A stretch of 15,540 bases of DNA from NCBI GenBank assembly GCA_051382335.1, contig JBBCAX010000354.1, positions 1 through 15,540 of the forward strand, written 5' to 3'. Below, piece by piece: positions 1 to 9,112 of this stretch. The notes under the pieces are model-generated. The model searched no databases, had not been told where the DNA came from, and saw nothing but the letters and a program-made list of their open reading frames with translations. The translations under genes were made by a program, and so were the position numbers. Origin of the DNA: Deltaproteobacteria bacterium TL4 (GTDB lineage: Bacteria; SAR324; NAC60-12). Each line of letters starts with the position of its first letter. The first letter of the stretch is position 1.

Positions 1-98
1 CTTTTACCTGAAATAGAAAGCTTGCTAACATAGAAAATCCCTTTAGATGGAACGTTAAAATGCCTTAAAAACGCCATGTATAGCAAGTTTTTTTAGAA

Positions 99-2015
99 AT
101 GAACAGCCCTGGTGGTGGAATACGAGTTAAAGAAGAAGCTGAGGATTTATCACAGAAACGGGATGAAGCAAAAAAACAAGCCCTGCAAAAAGCGAAGGCC
201 CGTACCCTGGCCCGACAACAAGCGCTTGCGGAAAGAATGGCGACGGCTGCCAATCAGTTGGCAGCGGCAATGAATGAATCGGCTGCGGCTTCTGAAGAAT
301 TAGGAAAGACCATGGAAGTGGTTGCCACTACCGCAGAAGAAGGCAGTGCCAATGCAGAGGAATCACAAACAGCGATTCAGCAAATCAAAAATACAGCGAT
401 CAACAGTAATCAAAAAGCCTCCGAGTCTTTGGAAAGAATCAATGCGATTCAAAAATTGATTCGAATCACCAGTATGGATATTAACCGCCTGATTACAGGC
501 GTCGATATCGCGGCCACAAGAAATCTTGAATCGGCAAAATTGATTGGAGAGATGGAACAGCAATCGATAGAAATTGGAAATATTGTGGGAACTGTGGTTC
601 GTATTGCGGATCAAACCAATCTTCTGGCTTTGAACGCCGCGATTGAGGCAGCTCGGGCCGGAGAACATGGTCGTGGATTTGCGGTCGTTGCCGATGAAGT
701 TCGCAATCTGGCTGAAACCAGTGAACAAAGCGCTCGGAACATCAGCAATGTGGTTGGAGAAATCCAGGAGCAGGTCAAAGTTGTTGCCAAGCAAGTGGAG
801 GACATGGCGAATAGTACCCGTGAAGAAGTGGAAAAAGCAAAAGGAATTACTACGGATCTTTCACAAGTGGAGAAAGATGTCATTGAAGTCTCCGAAGGGG
901 CGACTGAGATTAACAGAAATGCCCAACAACTTCAGAAAGGAGCAGAAGAATTTCTTGCAGGAGCGGAAACCATAGCGGCAGCGTCAGCAGAGTCGGCATC
1001 CGCTTGCGAAGAAGCCTCCAAGTCGGTGGATGAACAAAATAAAGCGTTTGCGGAAATGAACAACGCTATTACGGAACTGGCTGAAATGGCCGATGAGTTG
1101 AAAACTTCGACTGATGCGCAAAAATCTGCTGAAGAAGTCGCGGCAATGGCTGAAGAATTATCAGCCAACGCAGAAGAAGCGAATGCTGCCTCCGCCCAGA
1201 TCATGAGTGCCATTGAACAGATTTCCAAAGGTTCAAAACAACAACTGGACGCCGCTACAAAAGGTCAAGAGTTGGGTGCGCAATTAGAAACAGCCGCTAC
1301 GGCTATGAATGAAAAATCGCTGAGTTCTATAGAAAAAACAAAAGCAGCTCAGGAACTTCTTGCTAAAAATAAAATCAATATTGATAGTACAATACGCAAC
1401 ATTGCAAAATCTGCGGATGATTCCGTTGAAACAGCCAGTAGTCTTAAAACTCTGGGAGAAAAAGCCCGCCAGATTGATAAAATTGTGGATGCCATTGTCA
1501 ATGTAACCATTCAAACCAATATGCTGGCGGTTAATGGCTCGATTGAAGCGGCTCGTGCGGGTGAATTTGGAAGAGGGTTTTCTGTTGTCGCGGGAGATAT
1601 TCGAACCCTGGCTAACGAGTCTGCTGAAAACGCAGATAAGATCAAGGATATGGTACGAGCTATTCAAACTCAGATTTTTACGGTTTCTGCCGATATTGAA
1701 GGCTCTGCCGTTAATGCGCGACAGGAAGTTCTCAACGCAAAAAAATCTACTGAAAATATGAATCAAATTGACTCCGATATCAAAGATGTTCTTGCCGGTG
1801 CGCAGGAAATTGGGGACGGTGCCAATCAGGCCTTGTCTGCCTTGGAGGAGGCAAACAAAGCCGTTCAAGAAATCGAAAAAGCAGCGATTGAAGCGAACCA
1901 GAACACAAACGAAGCCGCAAAAGCCGCTGAAGAAGGAAGTCGTTCCATGCAGCTTATCGCCGAAGCGATTGAAGACATTGCTTCTCAAGCGGATGAAATG
2001 CAAAATATGGGATAG
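99..2015 (+). CDS. Cytoplasmic methyl-accepting chemotaxis protein with two signalling (MA) hairpins, DosM-like; no TM or sensor domain
   Basis: Two MCP tip motifs 300 aa apart: [38 protein letters not shown] (from aa 169) and [38 protein letters not shown] (from aa 469). A/E/S/Q-rich heptads with methylation-like EE pairs; no hydrophobic segment. Start codon uncertain. Confidence 0.93.
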   Translation: MNSPGGGIRVKEEAEDLSQKRDEAKKQALQKAKARTLARQQALAERMATAANQLAAAMNESAAASEELGKTMEVVATTAEEGSANAEESQTAIQQIKNTAINSNQKASESLERINAIQKLIRITSMDINRLITGVDIAATRNLESAKLIGEMEQQSIEIGNIVGTVVRIADQTNLLALNAAIEAARAGEHGRGFAVVADEVRNLAETSEQSARNISNVVGEIQEQVKVVAKQVEDMANSTREEVEKAKGITTDLSQVEKDVIEVSEGATEINRNAQQLQKGAEEFLAGAETIAAASAESASACEEASKSVDEQNKAFAEMNNAITELAEMADELKTSTDAQKSAEEVAAMAEELSANAEEANAASAQIMSAIEQISKGSKQQLDAATKGQELGAQLETAATAMNEKSLSSIEKTKAAQELLAKNKINIDSTIRNIAKSADDSVETASSLKTLGEKARQIDKIVDAIVNVTIQTNMLAVNGSIEAARAGEFGRGFSVVAGDIRTLANESAENADKIKDMVRAIQTQIFTVSADIEGSAVNARQEVLNAKKSTENMNQIDSDIKDVLAGAQEIGDGANQALSALEEANKAVQEIEKAAIEANQNTNEAAKAAEEGSRSMQLIAEAIEDIASQADEMQNMG

Positions 2016-2107
2016 TGGAATTTTAGAAGTTAAGTAATAGATCAGAAATATTTACTACGATTTGGTTTGGACCAATCTAAAATTCTAATTCTAAACATGA
2101 GGAAAAT

Positions 2108-4069
2108 ATGGCTTTACAAACAAACTCGGGCACTGAACAAAAAGAAAGGGAACTGGTGACCTTCCGTCTGGATGAACAGGAATTTGGACTGAGCATCATG
2201 AATGTTCAAGAAATTGTCAGGATGCTTGAAATTACCAGAATTCCAAGAGCACCCGTTTATGTAGAAGGCATTGCCAATCTGCGCGGTAATGTGTTACCGG
2301 TCATCAATACGAGGCAACGATTTTCTATGAGTCATGCTGATGCCACAGACCGAACCCGTGTCGTGGTTGTGGATGTGAACGGTAAAAATGTAGGACTCGT
2401 CGTCGATGCGGTGAGCGAAGTGATGAGGGTCCAGGAAAGCAGCATAGAACCTCCCCCCAAGGTTGTTTCCGGCGATCTGGATGCGGACTTTCTGGAAGGC
2501 GTACTCAAGCTGAATCAGGGAGAGCGGTTGGTCATGACCCTCAACCCGGAAAAGGTCTGTGATATTCAAGTGATCGCTCAGCAGAAGACGACCGAGCTGG
2601 CTCAAGGAGTAACCCGCGGACAGACCGAAACCGGAACCAAGGAAACTCTGGATGAACAGCAGTTGGTGACCTTCACACTGAGAGGAGAAGAATATGCTCT
2701 GGATATTCAGTCGGTTCGTGAGATTATTCGGATTCCAGAAGTGGTCAAGGTGCCTCGGGCTCCTTCTTATGTGAGGGGACTCATCTCCCTCCGTAACCGA
2801 CTTCTTCCCTTGATTGACTTGCGGAATCTCTTCAGTCAACCCCTGATCAAAGAAGAACAGCAGGAGCAGATTGCCCTCCTCCAGGAAAAACAGGAAGCTG
2901 GAAATCAATGGTGGACGAATCTCAACGCGGTGTTGAAAGAAAACCATAAAGAAAATGAACTTCTTCAAATCCCGGTCTTTTCGCTGAAAGATTGGGCCAC
3001 GTCTTCTCATGTGAATCATGAGTTGATGAAAACGGTTCTGGAAAAACTGGCCAAGGTTGTTGCTGCGTTGGAAAACGCTACATTGGAACTGAATCGAATC
3101 CCTTTTAAAAAGGTCAGTCCCTATGTCAATACGACGATGACGCCCTTGGTCAAACGGATGAATGAATTGTTCAAGGAACTCGCTCTGGCCACAGAAAACA
3201 ACGATGAACAGCGAGTGGTCGTTGCTGAATCCAACGGTTTTCCTTTTGGTTTGATTGTGGATAAGGTCAATGAAGTCATGCGAATTGAGAAACGTTTAAT
3301 TGATCCACCCCCCAGTATGGTTTCTGAAGACGAAAAGCAAAAAGTCCAAGGAGTTGCCAAACTCAATAAAGGGAAACGTTTGATCATGATCCTTGACAGT
3401 AAAAACCTTCTGGAAATGAAGGTTTTGAAAGAACTGGCAAATTCCCATGAGCAGAATGTTGAGGCGGAGACCTCCACACTGGAGCAGCAATCCATTGAGG
3501 AAGAACAATTCGTGACTTTTCGTTTGGAAAATGAGGAATTTGGAATTCGGATCATGCAAATCCAGGAAATCAATCGTTTGACGGAGATAACCAAAGTGCC
3601 CAAAGCACCAAACTTTGTCTCAGGGGTTACGAATTTACGGGGAACCGTAGTGCCGGTCGTTGATTTACGGATTCGCTTCTCCATGGAAACCAAAGAGGCC
3701 GATGATCGTACAAGGGTCGTGATTATCGATGTGGATGGCAAGAAAACCGGCTTAATTGTGGATCAGGTTCACGAAGTCCTGCGTTTGTTGAAAGCCGATA
3801 TTGAGCCGCCACCCGAAGTTGTCTCTTCCGACAGTACCAATGAATTCATCAGTGGTATTGGTAAGTTGAACAAAGGAAAGCGAATGTTAGTGCTTCTGGA
3901 TGTGGAAAAGATTTTGACCCGTTCCGAAAAAGCGCAATTGTCTCAAGTAGCCAGTAACCTCAAAGAGTCAAAGAACAATGTGACTCCTGCGGGAACGGCT
4001 AAACGCGTCGATTCTACGGCACCAAAGAGCACGTCCGTACGCAAAACCTTAAAAAAAGCAGACGAGTAG
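2108..4069 (+). CDS. cheW: Triple-domain CheW scaffold protein with ~115-aa helical insert in the second CheW domain
   Basis: Three repeats of LVTFxLxxEx(F/Y)xxxIxxVxEI...VPxAP..V.G...LRG...P.IDLR...GL.VD.V.EV (aa ~15-152, ~185-436, ~467-605). RBS GAGGA upstream of ATG 2108. Confidence 0.93.
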   Translation: MALQTNSGTEQKERELVTFRLDEQEFGLSIMNVQEIVRMLEITRIPRAPVYVEGIANLRGNVLPVINTRQRFSMSHADATDRTRVVVVDVNGKNVGLVVDAVSEVMRVQESSIEPPPKVVSGDLDADFLEGVLKLNQGERLVMTLNPEKVCDIQVIAQQKTTELAQGVTRGQTETGTKETLDEQQLVTFTLRGEEYALDIQSVREIIRIPEVVKVPRAPSYVRGLISLRNRLLPLIDLRNLFSQPLIKEEQQEQIALLQEKQEAGNQWWTNLNAVLKENHKENELLQIPVFSLKDWATSSHVNHELMKTVLEKLAKVVAALENATLELNRIPFKKVSPYVNTTMTPLVKRMNELFKELALATENNDEQRVVVAESNGFPFGLIVDKVNEVMRIEKRLIDPPPSMVSEDEKQKVQGVAKLNKGKRLIMILDSKNLLEMKVLKELANSHEQNVEAETSTLEQQSIEEEQFVTFRLENEEFGIRIMQIQEINRLTEITKVPKAPNFVSGVTNLRGTVVPVVDLRIRFSMETKEADDRTRVVIIDVDGKKTGLIVDQVHEVLRLLKADIEPPPEVVSSDSTNEFISGIGKLNKGKRMLVLLDVEKILTRSEKAQLSQVASNLKESKNNVTPAGTAKRVDSTAPKSTSVRKTLKKADE

Positions 4070-4074
4070 CTTCT

Positions 4075-5145
4075 ATGAAACAATACGGTGTATTGATAGC
4101 AGATGATTCAGCGTTGATGCGTCAAACCTTGAAGAAAATTATTGATGCTGACAAACAGCTTTTTGTGGTGGGAACAGCCAGAGATGGGAATGATGCCGTT
4201 CAAAAGGCGAAAGATTTGCGTCCCGATGTTATTTCTATGGATATCAATATGCCGGGGCTTGATGGTATTACGGCCTTGCAGATCATCATGCAGGAACAAA
4301 TATGTCCTGTCGTGATGGTTTCTTCCCTGACGCAAGAAGGGGCCGTAACCACTTTTGAATGTCTGGAGTTGGGAGCCTTTGATTTTGTTGGCAAACCCGG
4401 AGGAACGGTGAGTTCCGATATGAATTCCGTAGCTAGGGAATTGGTAACGAAACTCAAAGAGGCGGCCAAATCCAAACCCTTTGAGAAAAGCAAAATTCTG
4501 CAAGCTCATCATGGAAAACGAACCAGTTTCGCCCTCCCTCCAAACAGAATCCCCATTCAAAAAAGTTCCAAGTTTGGGTATAACGCAGTGGCCATTGGGA
4601 TTTCAACAGGGGGTCCCAAAGTAATCTTTGATGTTTTATCCATATTGCCCCCGGATCTCAATGCCGCCATCTTTATGGTGCAGCACATGCCCCCAGGATT
4701 TACGGCAAGTTTTGCGGAACGTCTGAATCGCAATTCTACGATCCCTTTTGAAGAAAGTCGTGCGGGAACTTCGATTAAACCCGGAAGAGGATACCTGGCC
4801 CAAGGTGGATTTCACATGAAACTTCATCAGAAGACCGATGGAACTCCTGTAATTCGTGCGACATCCCGTCCAGAGCATCAATTCACACCATCCGTGGATG
4901 TAATGATGGAATCGGTTCTTGAAGTTTATGGAAAAGACACCATTGGGGTTTTGATGACGGGAATGGGCGATGATGGTGCCAACGCAATGGTTAAAATCCG
5001 GAAAGCCGGAGGATTCACCATTGCGGAAAGTGAGGAAAGCGCAGTCGTGTTTGGTATGCCTCAACAGGCTATTGCACGCGGAGGTGCGGACATTGTCGTC
5101 CCCTTGTGGGACATTGCGGCTGAAATTGCGAAAGCGGTTATGTAA
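4075..5145 (+). CDS. cheB: Chemotaxis response regulator protein-glutamate methylesterase CheB
   Basis: N-terminal REC (VLIADDS, SMDINMPGLDG, FVGKP). C-terminal methylesterase triad motifs GISTGG, VQHMP, LMTGMGDDGA, plus VVFGMP. Confidence 0.96.
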   Translation: MKQYGVLIADDSALMRQTLKKIIDADKQLFVVGTARDGNDAVQKAKDLRPDVISMDINMPGLDGITALQIIMQEQICPVVMVSSLTQEGAVTTFECLELGAFDFVGKPGGTVSSDMNSVARELVTKLKEAAKSKPFEKSKILQAHHGKRTSFALPPNRIPIQKSSKFGYNAVAIGISTGGPKVIFDVLSILPPDLNAAIFMVQHMPPGFTASFAERLNRNSTIPFEESRAGTSIKPGRGYLAQGGFHMKLHQKTDGTPVIRATSRPEHQFTPSVDVMMESVLEVYGKDTIGVLMTGMGDDGANAMVKIRKAGGFTIAESEESAVVFGMPQQAIARGGADIVVPLWDIAAEIAKAVM

Positions 5146-5190
5146 ACGAGGTTAATTCAATCGTTAAAAATTAAAAAATATGGAATTATT

Positions 5191-6087
5191 ATGACAAAAA
5201 ATGATCCAGCCTCTTATCTTGAATCAGGAACCAATGAACTCAAAATCCTGGAATTTTCCGCGGGAGGACTGCACTTTGGTTTGAATATTTTAAAAACCAG
5301 CCGAGTTCTGAATACTCCGGAACGCTTAACCAGTCTGGTTAACGCGCCTCCTTTCCTGATTGGAATCATGGATAATCTGGGGGTGACGGTTCCCGTGATT
5401 GATTTGGCAAAATTTTTAAAATTGAAGGAAGAAAAAAGAAAAGAAAAGGAACCCCTGAAAGGACGGATCATTGTTACGGAGTTCTTTGGACAGGTGAATG
5501 GGTTTTTCATTGAGCGGGTGCATTACGTTCATACTATCTTATGGAGAAAGGTTTTTGACTCCAATGAGATTTTGGGAAATCTGGGCAGTGATTATGTCAT
5601 TGGGATTGTACGACCTGATGAAAAAACCAATATTCTGCTGCTGGATTATGAAAAAATCATTCTGGAACTGAGTCCTGAATTAAAGAGAGAGGAATTAGGA
5701 AAGATTCCTGACGATTTTCAAGGAAATCAACGTAAGGTTTTGATTGCTGAAGATTCTTCGGCCGTCAGGGATATGTTGACACTGGAATTGAGTGAACGGG
5801 GATTCGAGGTGCTTTCGGTCAAAGATGGAATGGAGGCTTTGGAAGTCTTCAGGAACACCCCTGACCTTTCATTGGTAATTTCGGATGTGGAAATGCCACA
5901 ACTTGAAGGGCTGAGTTTGACCAAAATAATCAAAGAGGAAAATCCTAAAATGCCGGTCATCGTCTATTCTTCCATTGGGGATCCAGGAATGAAAGAACGG
6001 GCAAAAGCAGTAAACGCGGATTTTCATGTGACCAAACTTAACATTGACGAATTGATCGATTCAGTACGGCAACTTCTTAAACAGTAG
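5191..6087 (+). CDS. cheV: CheV (CheW domain + receiver domain)
   Basis: CheV-type N-terminus (LESGTNELKILEF...FGLNI; IIVTEF; LLDYEKII) plus C-terminal REC (LIAEDS, VISDVEMP, YSS, TK). Confidence 0.9.
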   Translation: MTKNDPASYLESGTNELKILEFSAGGLHFGLNILKTSRVLNTPERLTSLVNAPPFLIGIMDNLGVTVPVIDLAKFLKLKEEKRKEKEPLKGRIIVTEFFGQVNGFFIERVHYVHTILWRKVFDSNEILGNLGSDYVIGIVRPDEKTNILLLDYEKIILELSPELKREELGKIPDDFQGNQRKVLIAEDSSAVRDMLTLELSERGFEVLSVKDGMEALEVFRNTPDLSLVISDVEMPQLEGLSLTKIIKEENPKMPVIVYSSIGDPGMKERAKAVNADFHVTKLNIDELIDSVRQLLKQ

Positions 6088-6129
6088 TTGCCAATGCTTG
6101 TTTTCAACAATAGAAACCAGAAGTGGTTC

Positions 6130-6225
6130 GTTCTACGCATTTTTTGCCCAAGATATTTTTTGATTTTGAGAAGGTAACCTTAGTCCCTCCGGGACTAAAA
6201 ACAATGGGCAAAAAATGGTAGGAAC
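6130..6225. repeat. Short MITE-like element, family A, collapsed copy with a single GTCCC-N3-GGGAC hairpin
   Basis: Imperfect terminal IR GTTCTACGCATTTTTTGCCCA (6130-6150) / TGGGCAAAAAATGGTAGGAAC (6205-6225). Hairpin TTAGTCCC-TCC-GGGACTAA at 6180-6198. Closely matches both ends of 7031-7310. Confidence 0.85.
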
Positions 6226-6286
6226 AGCATAGGCTCTAAGATAGCCGAATTCTACAGCCTAGAATCGCCACTAATGAAGGTACACT

Positions 6287-6985
6287 ATGGCAGAAGAACA
6301 TACAGAAATTAAAACCAGAATCTCATATTTAATTCACGATATTGAGCCGTCTCTCGCTTCCTTTCAAAGCGTCTTGCGACTGCTCAAAACGAATCAGTAT
6401 GATCCCAAGAATCCTTTGCATCAGCGTCTGATAGCCAGTTGTGATTCAGCCATGGCTTTTTCCAAGGATCTGCTGCAAAACATGTTGGAGTATTCCCGAT
6501 TGCACAAAATCGGGATTTCGTTGATCCCTGACTGGATCGAATGGGAAAAGGTACTGGAAGAGATGCTCTCTCTTTCTCTGGCACTATCGCAGGAAAAAGA
6601 AATTCTGATTGTTTGGGAAGTAGAGGAGGGCGGATTGAAGTCTTTTAGTGATTCAAGGCTGATGAGACGTATTTTGAACAATCTGGTGATTAATGCGATT
6701 CAGAACGCTCCCTCCCATTCTACCATTGGGCTGCGATTTAGCAGAAAGGGGGACTCTGTACAGGTTTTGATTCAGGACGAGGGACCCGGATTACCCGCAG
6801 AGCAAATGGAGTCTATTTTTCAGGAACATGTACAATGGAAACTGCGGAAAACCAAACAATACAAAGGCGTGGGCTTGGGCTTGAGCTTTTGCAAGGAGTC
6901 CTGCGTCTTGCTCGGTGCGTCTCTTTCTGTTCAGAACCGAAAACCGCATGGATTGGAATTTACGCTGATCTTACCAAACCAGTGA
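6287..6985 (+). CDS. Histidine kinase core only (HisKA + HATPase_c), no sensor domain
   Basis: Atypical H-box LIHDIEPSL at aa ~15, N-box NNLVINAIQNA, G1 DEGPGL, G2 GVGLGL. RBS GAAGG upstream. Confidence 0.85.
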   Translation: MAEEHTEIKTRISYLIHDIEPSLASFQSVLRLLKTNQYDPKNPLHQRLIASCDSAMAFSKDLLQNMLEYSRLHKIGISLIPDWIEWEKVLEEMLSLSLALSQEKEILIVWEVEEGGLKSFSDSRLMRRILNNLVINAIQNAPSHSTIGLRFSRKGDSVQVLIQDEGPGLPAEQMESIFQEHVQWKLRKTKQYKGVGLGLSFCKESCVLLGASLSVQNRKPHGLEFTLILPNQ

Positions 6986-7030
6986 AGGCATGAGTCGGCC
7001 CTAAAATTTTGCTAGATTGCTGGATCCTAA

Positions 7031-7310
7031 TTCCTGGCATTTTTTGCTCAAGATTTTTTTTATTTTGAGAAGGTAACCTTAGTCCCGAAGGGACGATTGA
7101 AAATAGCCCCGCGATTTATCGCTGGGGAAACCATTTCCCTATTGTTCCAAGTCCCGTAGGGACGGCTGAATTGAAGGGTACCGTGGCCATTTTCAGTCGT
7201 CCCTACGGGACTAAAGAGATAGGGGTTTCATCTTCCCAGCGATAAATCGCTGGGCTATTTTCAATCGTCCCTCCGGGACTAAAAAACATTGGGCAAAAAA
7301 TGGTAGGAAC
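7031..7310. repeat. MITE-like element, family A, full copy carrying a REPIN-like nested palindrome (7079-7282)
   Basis: Same ends as 6130-6225. 48-bp IR arms 7079-7126 / 7235-7282 (2 mismatches) and inner 21-bp IR 7150-7170 / 7192-7212 (1 mismatch). Four GTCCC-N3-GGGAC units at 7082, 7151, 7199, 7267. Confidence 0.9.
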
Positions 7311-7326
7311 CCCATGGACTCTAACA

Positions 7327-7520
7327 TATAGATGTTCATTCAAATCAATTCATTTGAGTCTAACCCCGACTGTGGAGTGCTAAAGCTTACTTTGGCCAAA
7401 TCCAAAGAAAGGCCTTCGCCTTTCTGGCCAAAGCAAGCTTTGGTACTCCTGAAACAGCGTAGTTTAAACGGATCTCGCGACAGGATGAGTTTTCTGAATT
7501 TATTTAAATGAACGTCTATA
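7327..7520. mobile_element. MITE-like element, family B (194 bp, TATA-ended TIRs) carrying an inverted GGAG-type REP doublet
   Basis: TIRs TATAGATGTTCATTCAAATCAATTCA (7327-7352) / TGAATTTATTTAAATGAACGTCTATA (7495-7520), 23/26 match. Internal IR GGAGTGCTAAAGCTTACTTTGGCCA (7374-7398) / TGGCCAAAGCAAGCTTTGGTACTCC (7425-7449). Related sequences recur at 15180-15374. Confidence 0.8.
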
Positions 7521-7569
7521 GCAAAATTCCAGGGACTAGGGTACAAGTCATAATTGAAAAAGGGTTGTT

Positions 7570-7974
7570 ATGGAAAAAAAGAATTTCAAAATTTTAGTCG
7601 TTGATGATGAGCCTGCCATTGTGGATCTTTTTGATCGGTGGTTGGGATTTGAATATAAAGTTACTGGATTCAGCAACTCCTGGAAAGCCCTGCAAGCCTT
7701 CAAAAATGAAGGATATCATTTGGTGATCACTGATATCATGATGGATCAGGTGGATGGTTTTGAGTTTCTGAAAGCGGTACAGCTCCTCAAACCTCATGTG
7801 AACACCATTGTGATTACGGCACATAAAAGTTTAAGTAACGCTGTTCGATCCCAACAACATGGTGCGGATTATATGTTTTTTAAACCTCTGGAACTGGAAG
7901 AGATTCAGAAAGCCGTAGAAACCTTATATAAACGCTATTGTTACTGGATAGATTTAATCAGTAATTTATCTTAA
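7570..7974 (+). CDS. Single-domain response regulator (REC) with short C-terminal tail
   Basis: ILVVDDE, VITDIMM (phosphoacceptor Asp), VITAH, FFKP. RBS AAGGG upstream. Confidence 0.9.
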   Translation: MEKKNFKILVVDDEPAIVDLFDRWLGFEYKVTGFSNSWKALQAFKNEGYHLVITDIMMDQVDGFEFLKAVQLLKPHVNTIVITAHKSLSNAVRSQQHGADYMFFKPLELEEIQKAVETLYKRYCYWIDLISNLS

Positions 7975-8026
7975 CTCGTCAGTGAGTTTAAATTCTCTGG
8001 CGCTTTAGGCATAAATTTACACCTAA

Positions 8027-8183
8027 GGCGAAAACTTGAAATATCTTTACCAAGATTGCGCCGGATTTTTTTTTAATTTTTAAGGCGCTTGATTGTTTGC
8101 GTACTGGAGTATGTGAGCAATCAAGGAAGAAGAAAATTGGAAAAAAGACAAGCAAGATGGTAAATTTTTTTCAGGTCTTCGCC
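8027..8183. mobile_element. MITE-like element, family C (157 bp) with TAA target-site duplication and central hairpin
   Basis: IR AGGCGAAAACTTGAAATATCTTTACCA (8026-8052) / TGGTAAATTTTTTTCAGGTCTTCGCCT (8158-8184), 22/27. TAA at 8024-8026 and 8184-8186. Hairpin at 8088-8125. Confidence 0.7.
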
Positions 8184-8206
8184 TAAAGTACAAAAGGTAA
8201 AAAATA

Positions 8207-9112
8207 ATGAATTTTTTAAACAGGAAGGAATCAATGAACAATCCCAATAAACACTCAAGTTTCACAAGTGTAATAGCCAGGAATCATGAAAAAATTCTGG
8301 ATAACTGGATCAACACTATTCGAAATTCGTCTTTTGAGCTGCAATCCCTACAATTGATATCGATGGAAGAATTGAGTGGACAGGCACGCAATCTGTTAAA
8401 ATTGTTATCCTTGGTACCCGATGACGCGAATTATAGCGATCTGAAAGGAAGTGAATTTGATGATTTAAAAGATATGCTGAAAGAAATCAGTATGTCCCGA
8501 GCGAAACAGGGATTCAACCCTTCAGAAACCACCGTATTCATTTTTTCAATCAAAGAATCAATAATTCCCTTTCTTCTTGAAGCAGAGCAAGAGAAGGGGG
8601 AAGTGCTTGAGCAAGTGATCCAGCTGAATAAATTGATTGATATTCTGGGATTGTTTGCGTTTGAACAGTATGTGTCCACCCGTGAGGAGATCATCAGCCA
8701 GCAAAGCAATTCTCTTCTGGAACTGTCCACCCCAATTTTGAAACTGTGGCATGGGATTGTGTTACTGCCCTTGATTGGAGTGGTTGATACCGCACGAGCG
8801 TCCCAAAGTATTGAGCGACTTTTGCATGCGATTGTCGATACCGAATCCTCTGTGGCGATTCTGGATATTACGGGTGTTCCTGTGATTGATACACGGGTTG
8901 CCCAAACTCTGTTAAAAACGGTAAATGCCGCTAAAATGCTGGGAGCTCAAACCATCATTACTGGAATTAGTCCCGAGGCGGCGCAAACGTTAATTAAGCT
9001 GGATATTGAAATTCAATCCTTATACACCGCCAGCACGATGCAGAGAGGTCTCGCTAGAGCTTTTGAAATGCTTGGTAAAACTGTAACTGATTTTTCAAGG
9101 AAACAATTATGA
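8207..9112 (+). CDS. rsbR: Stressosome sensor/scaffold RsbR (RsbRD_N-type helical N-domain + STAS)
   Basis: ELSTPILKLWHGIVLLPLIGVVDTARA and ILDITGVPVIDTRVA, with both canonical phospho-Thr equivalents; ITGISPEAAQTLI. N-domain motif SRAKQGFNPSET. True start may be ATG 8234 (AGGAAGGA upstream). Confidence 0.92.
   Translation: MNFLNRKESMNNPNKHSSFTSVIARNHEKILDNWINTIRNSSFELQSLQLISMEELSGQARNLLKLLSLVPDDANYSDLKGSEFDDLKDMLKEISMSRAKQGFNPSETTVFIFSIKESIIPFLLEAEQEKGEVLEQVIQLNKLIDILGLFAFEQYVSTREEIISQQSNSLLELSTPILKLWHGIVLLPLIGVVDTARASQSIERLLHAIVDTESSVAILDITGVPVIDTRVAQTLLKTVNAAKMLGAQTIITGISPEAAQTLIKLDIEIQSLYTASTMQRGLARAFEMLGKTVTDFSRKQL

Noticed and set aside
56..80. Sigma28-like TAAA...GCCATGTA upstream of the MCP
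   Set aside because: 13-nt spacer and poor -10 match.
7034..7048. Sigma54-like TGGCA...TTGC (also TGGAAC...TGC at 48-63)
   Set aside because: GG-GC spacing is 8 and 11 nt rather than the required 10, and the first lies within a repeat end.
7340..7546. 68-aa minus-strand ORF (also the 61-aa ORF 8080-8265)
   Set aside because: They overlap repeat elements and show no protein features.
7570..7974. Calling the single-domain regulator CheY
   Set aside because: It resembles generic NtrC-type receivers with an extra C-terminal tail; no cheA nearby and no CheY-specific evidence.
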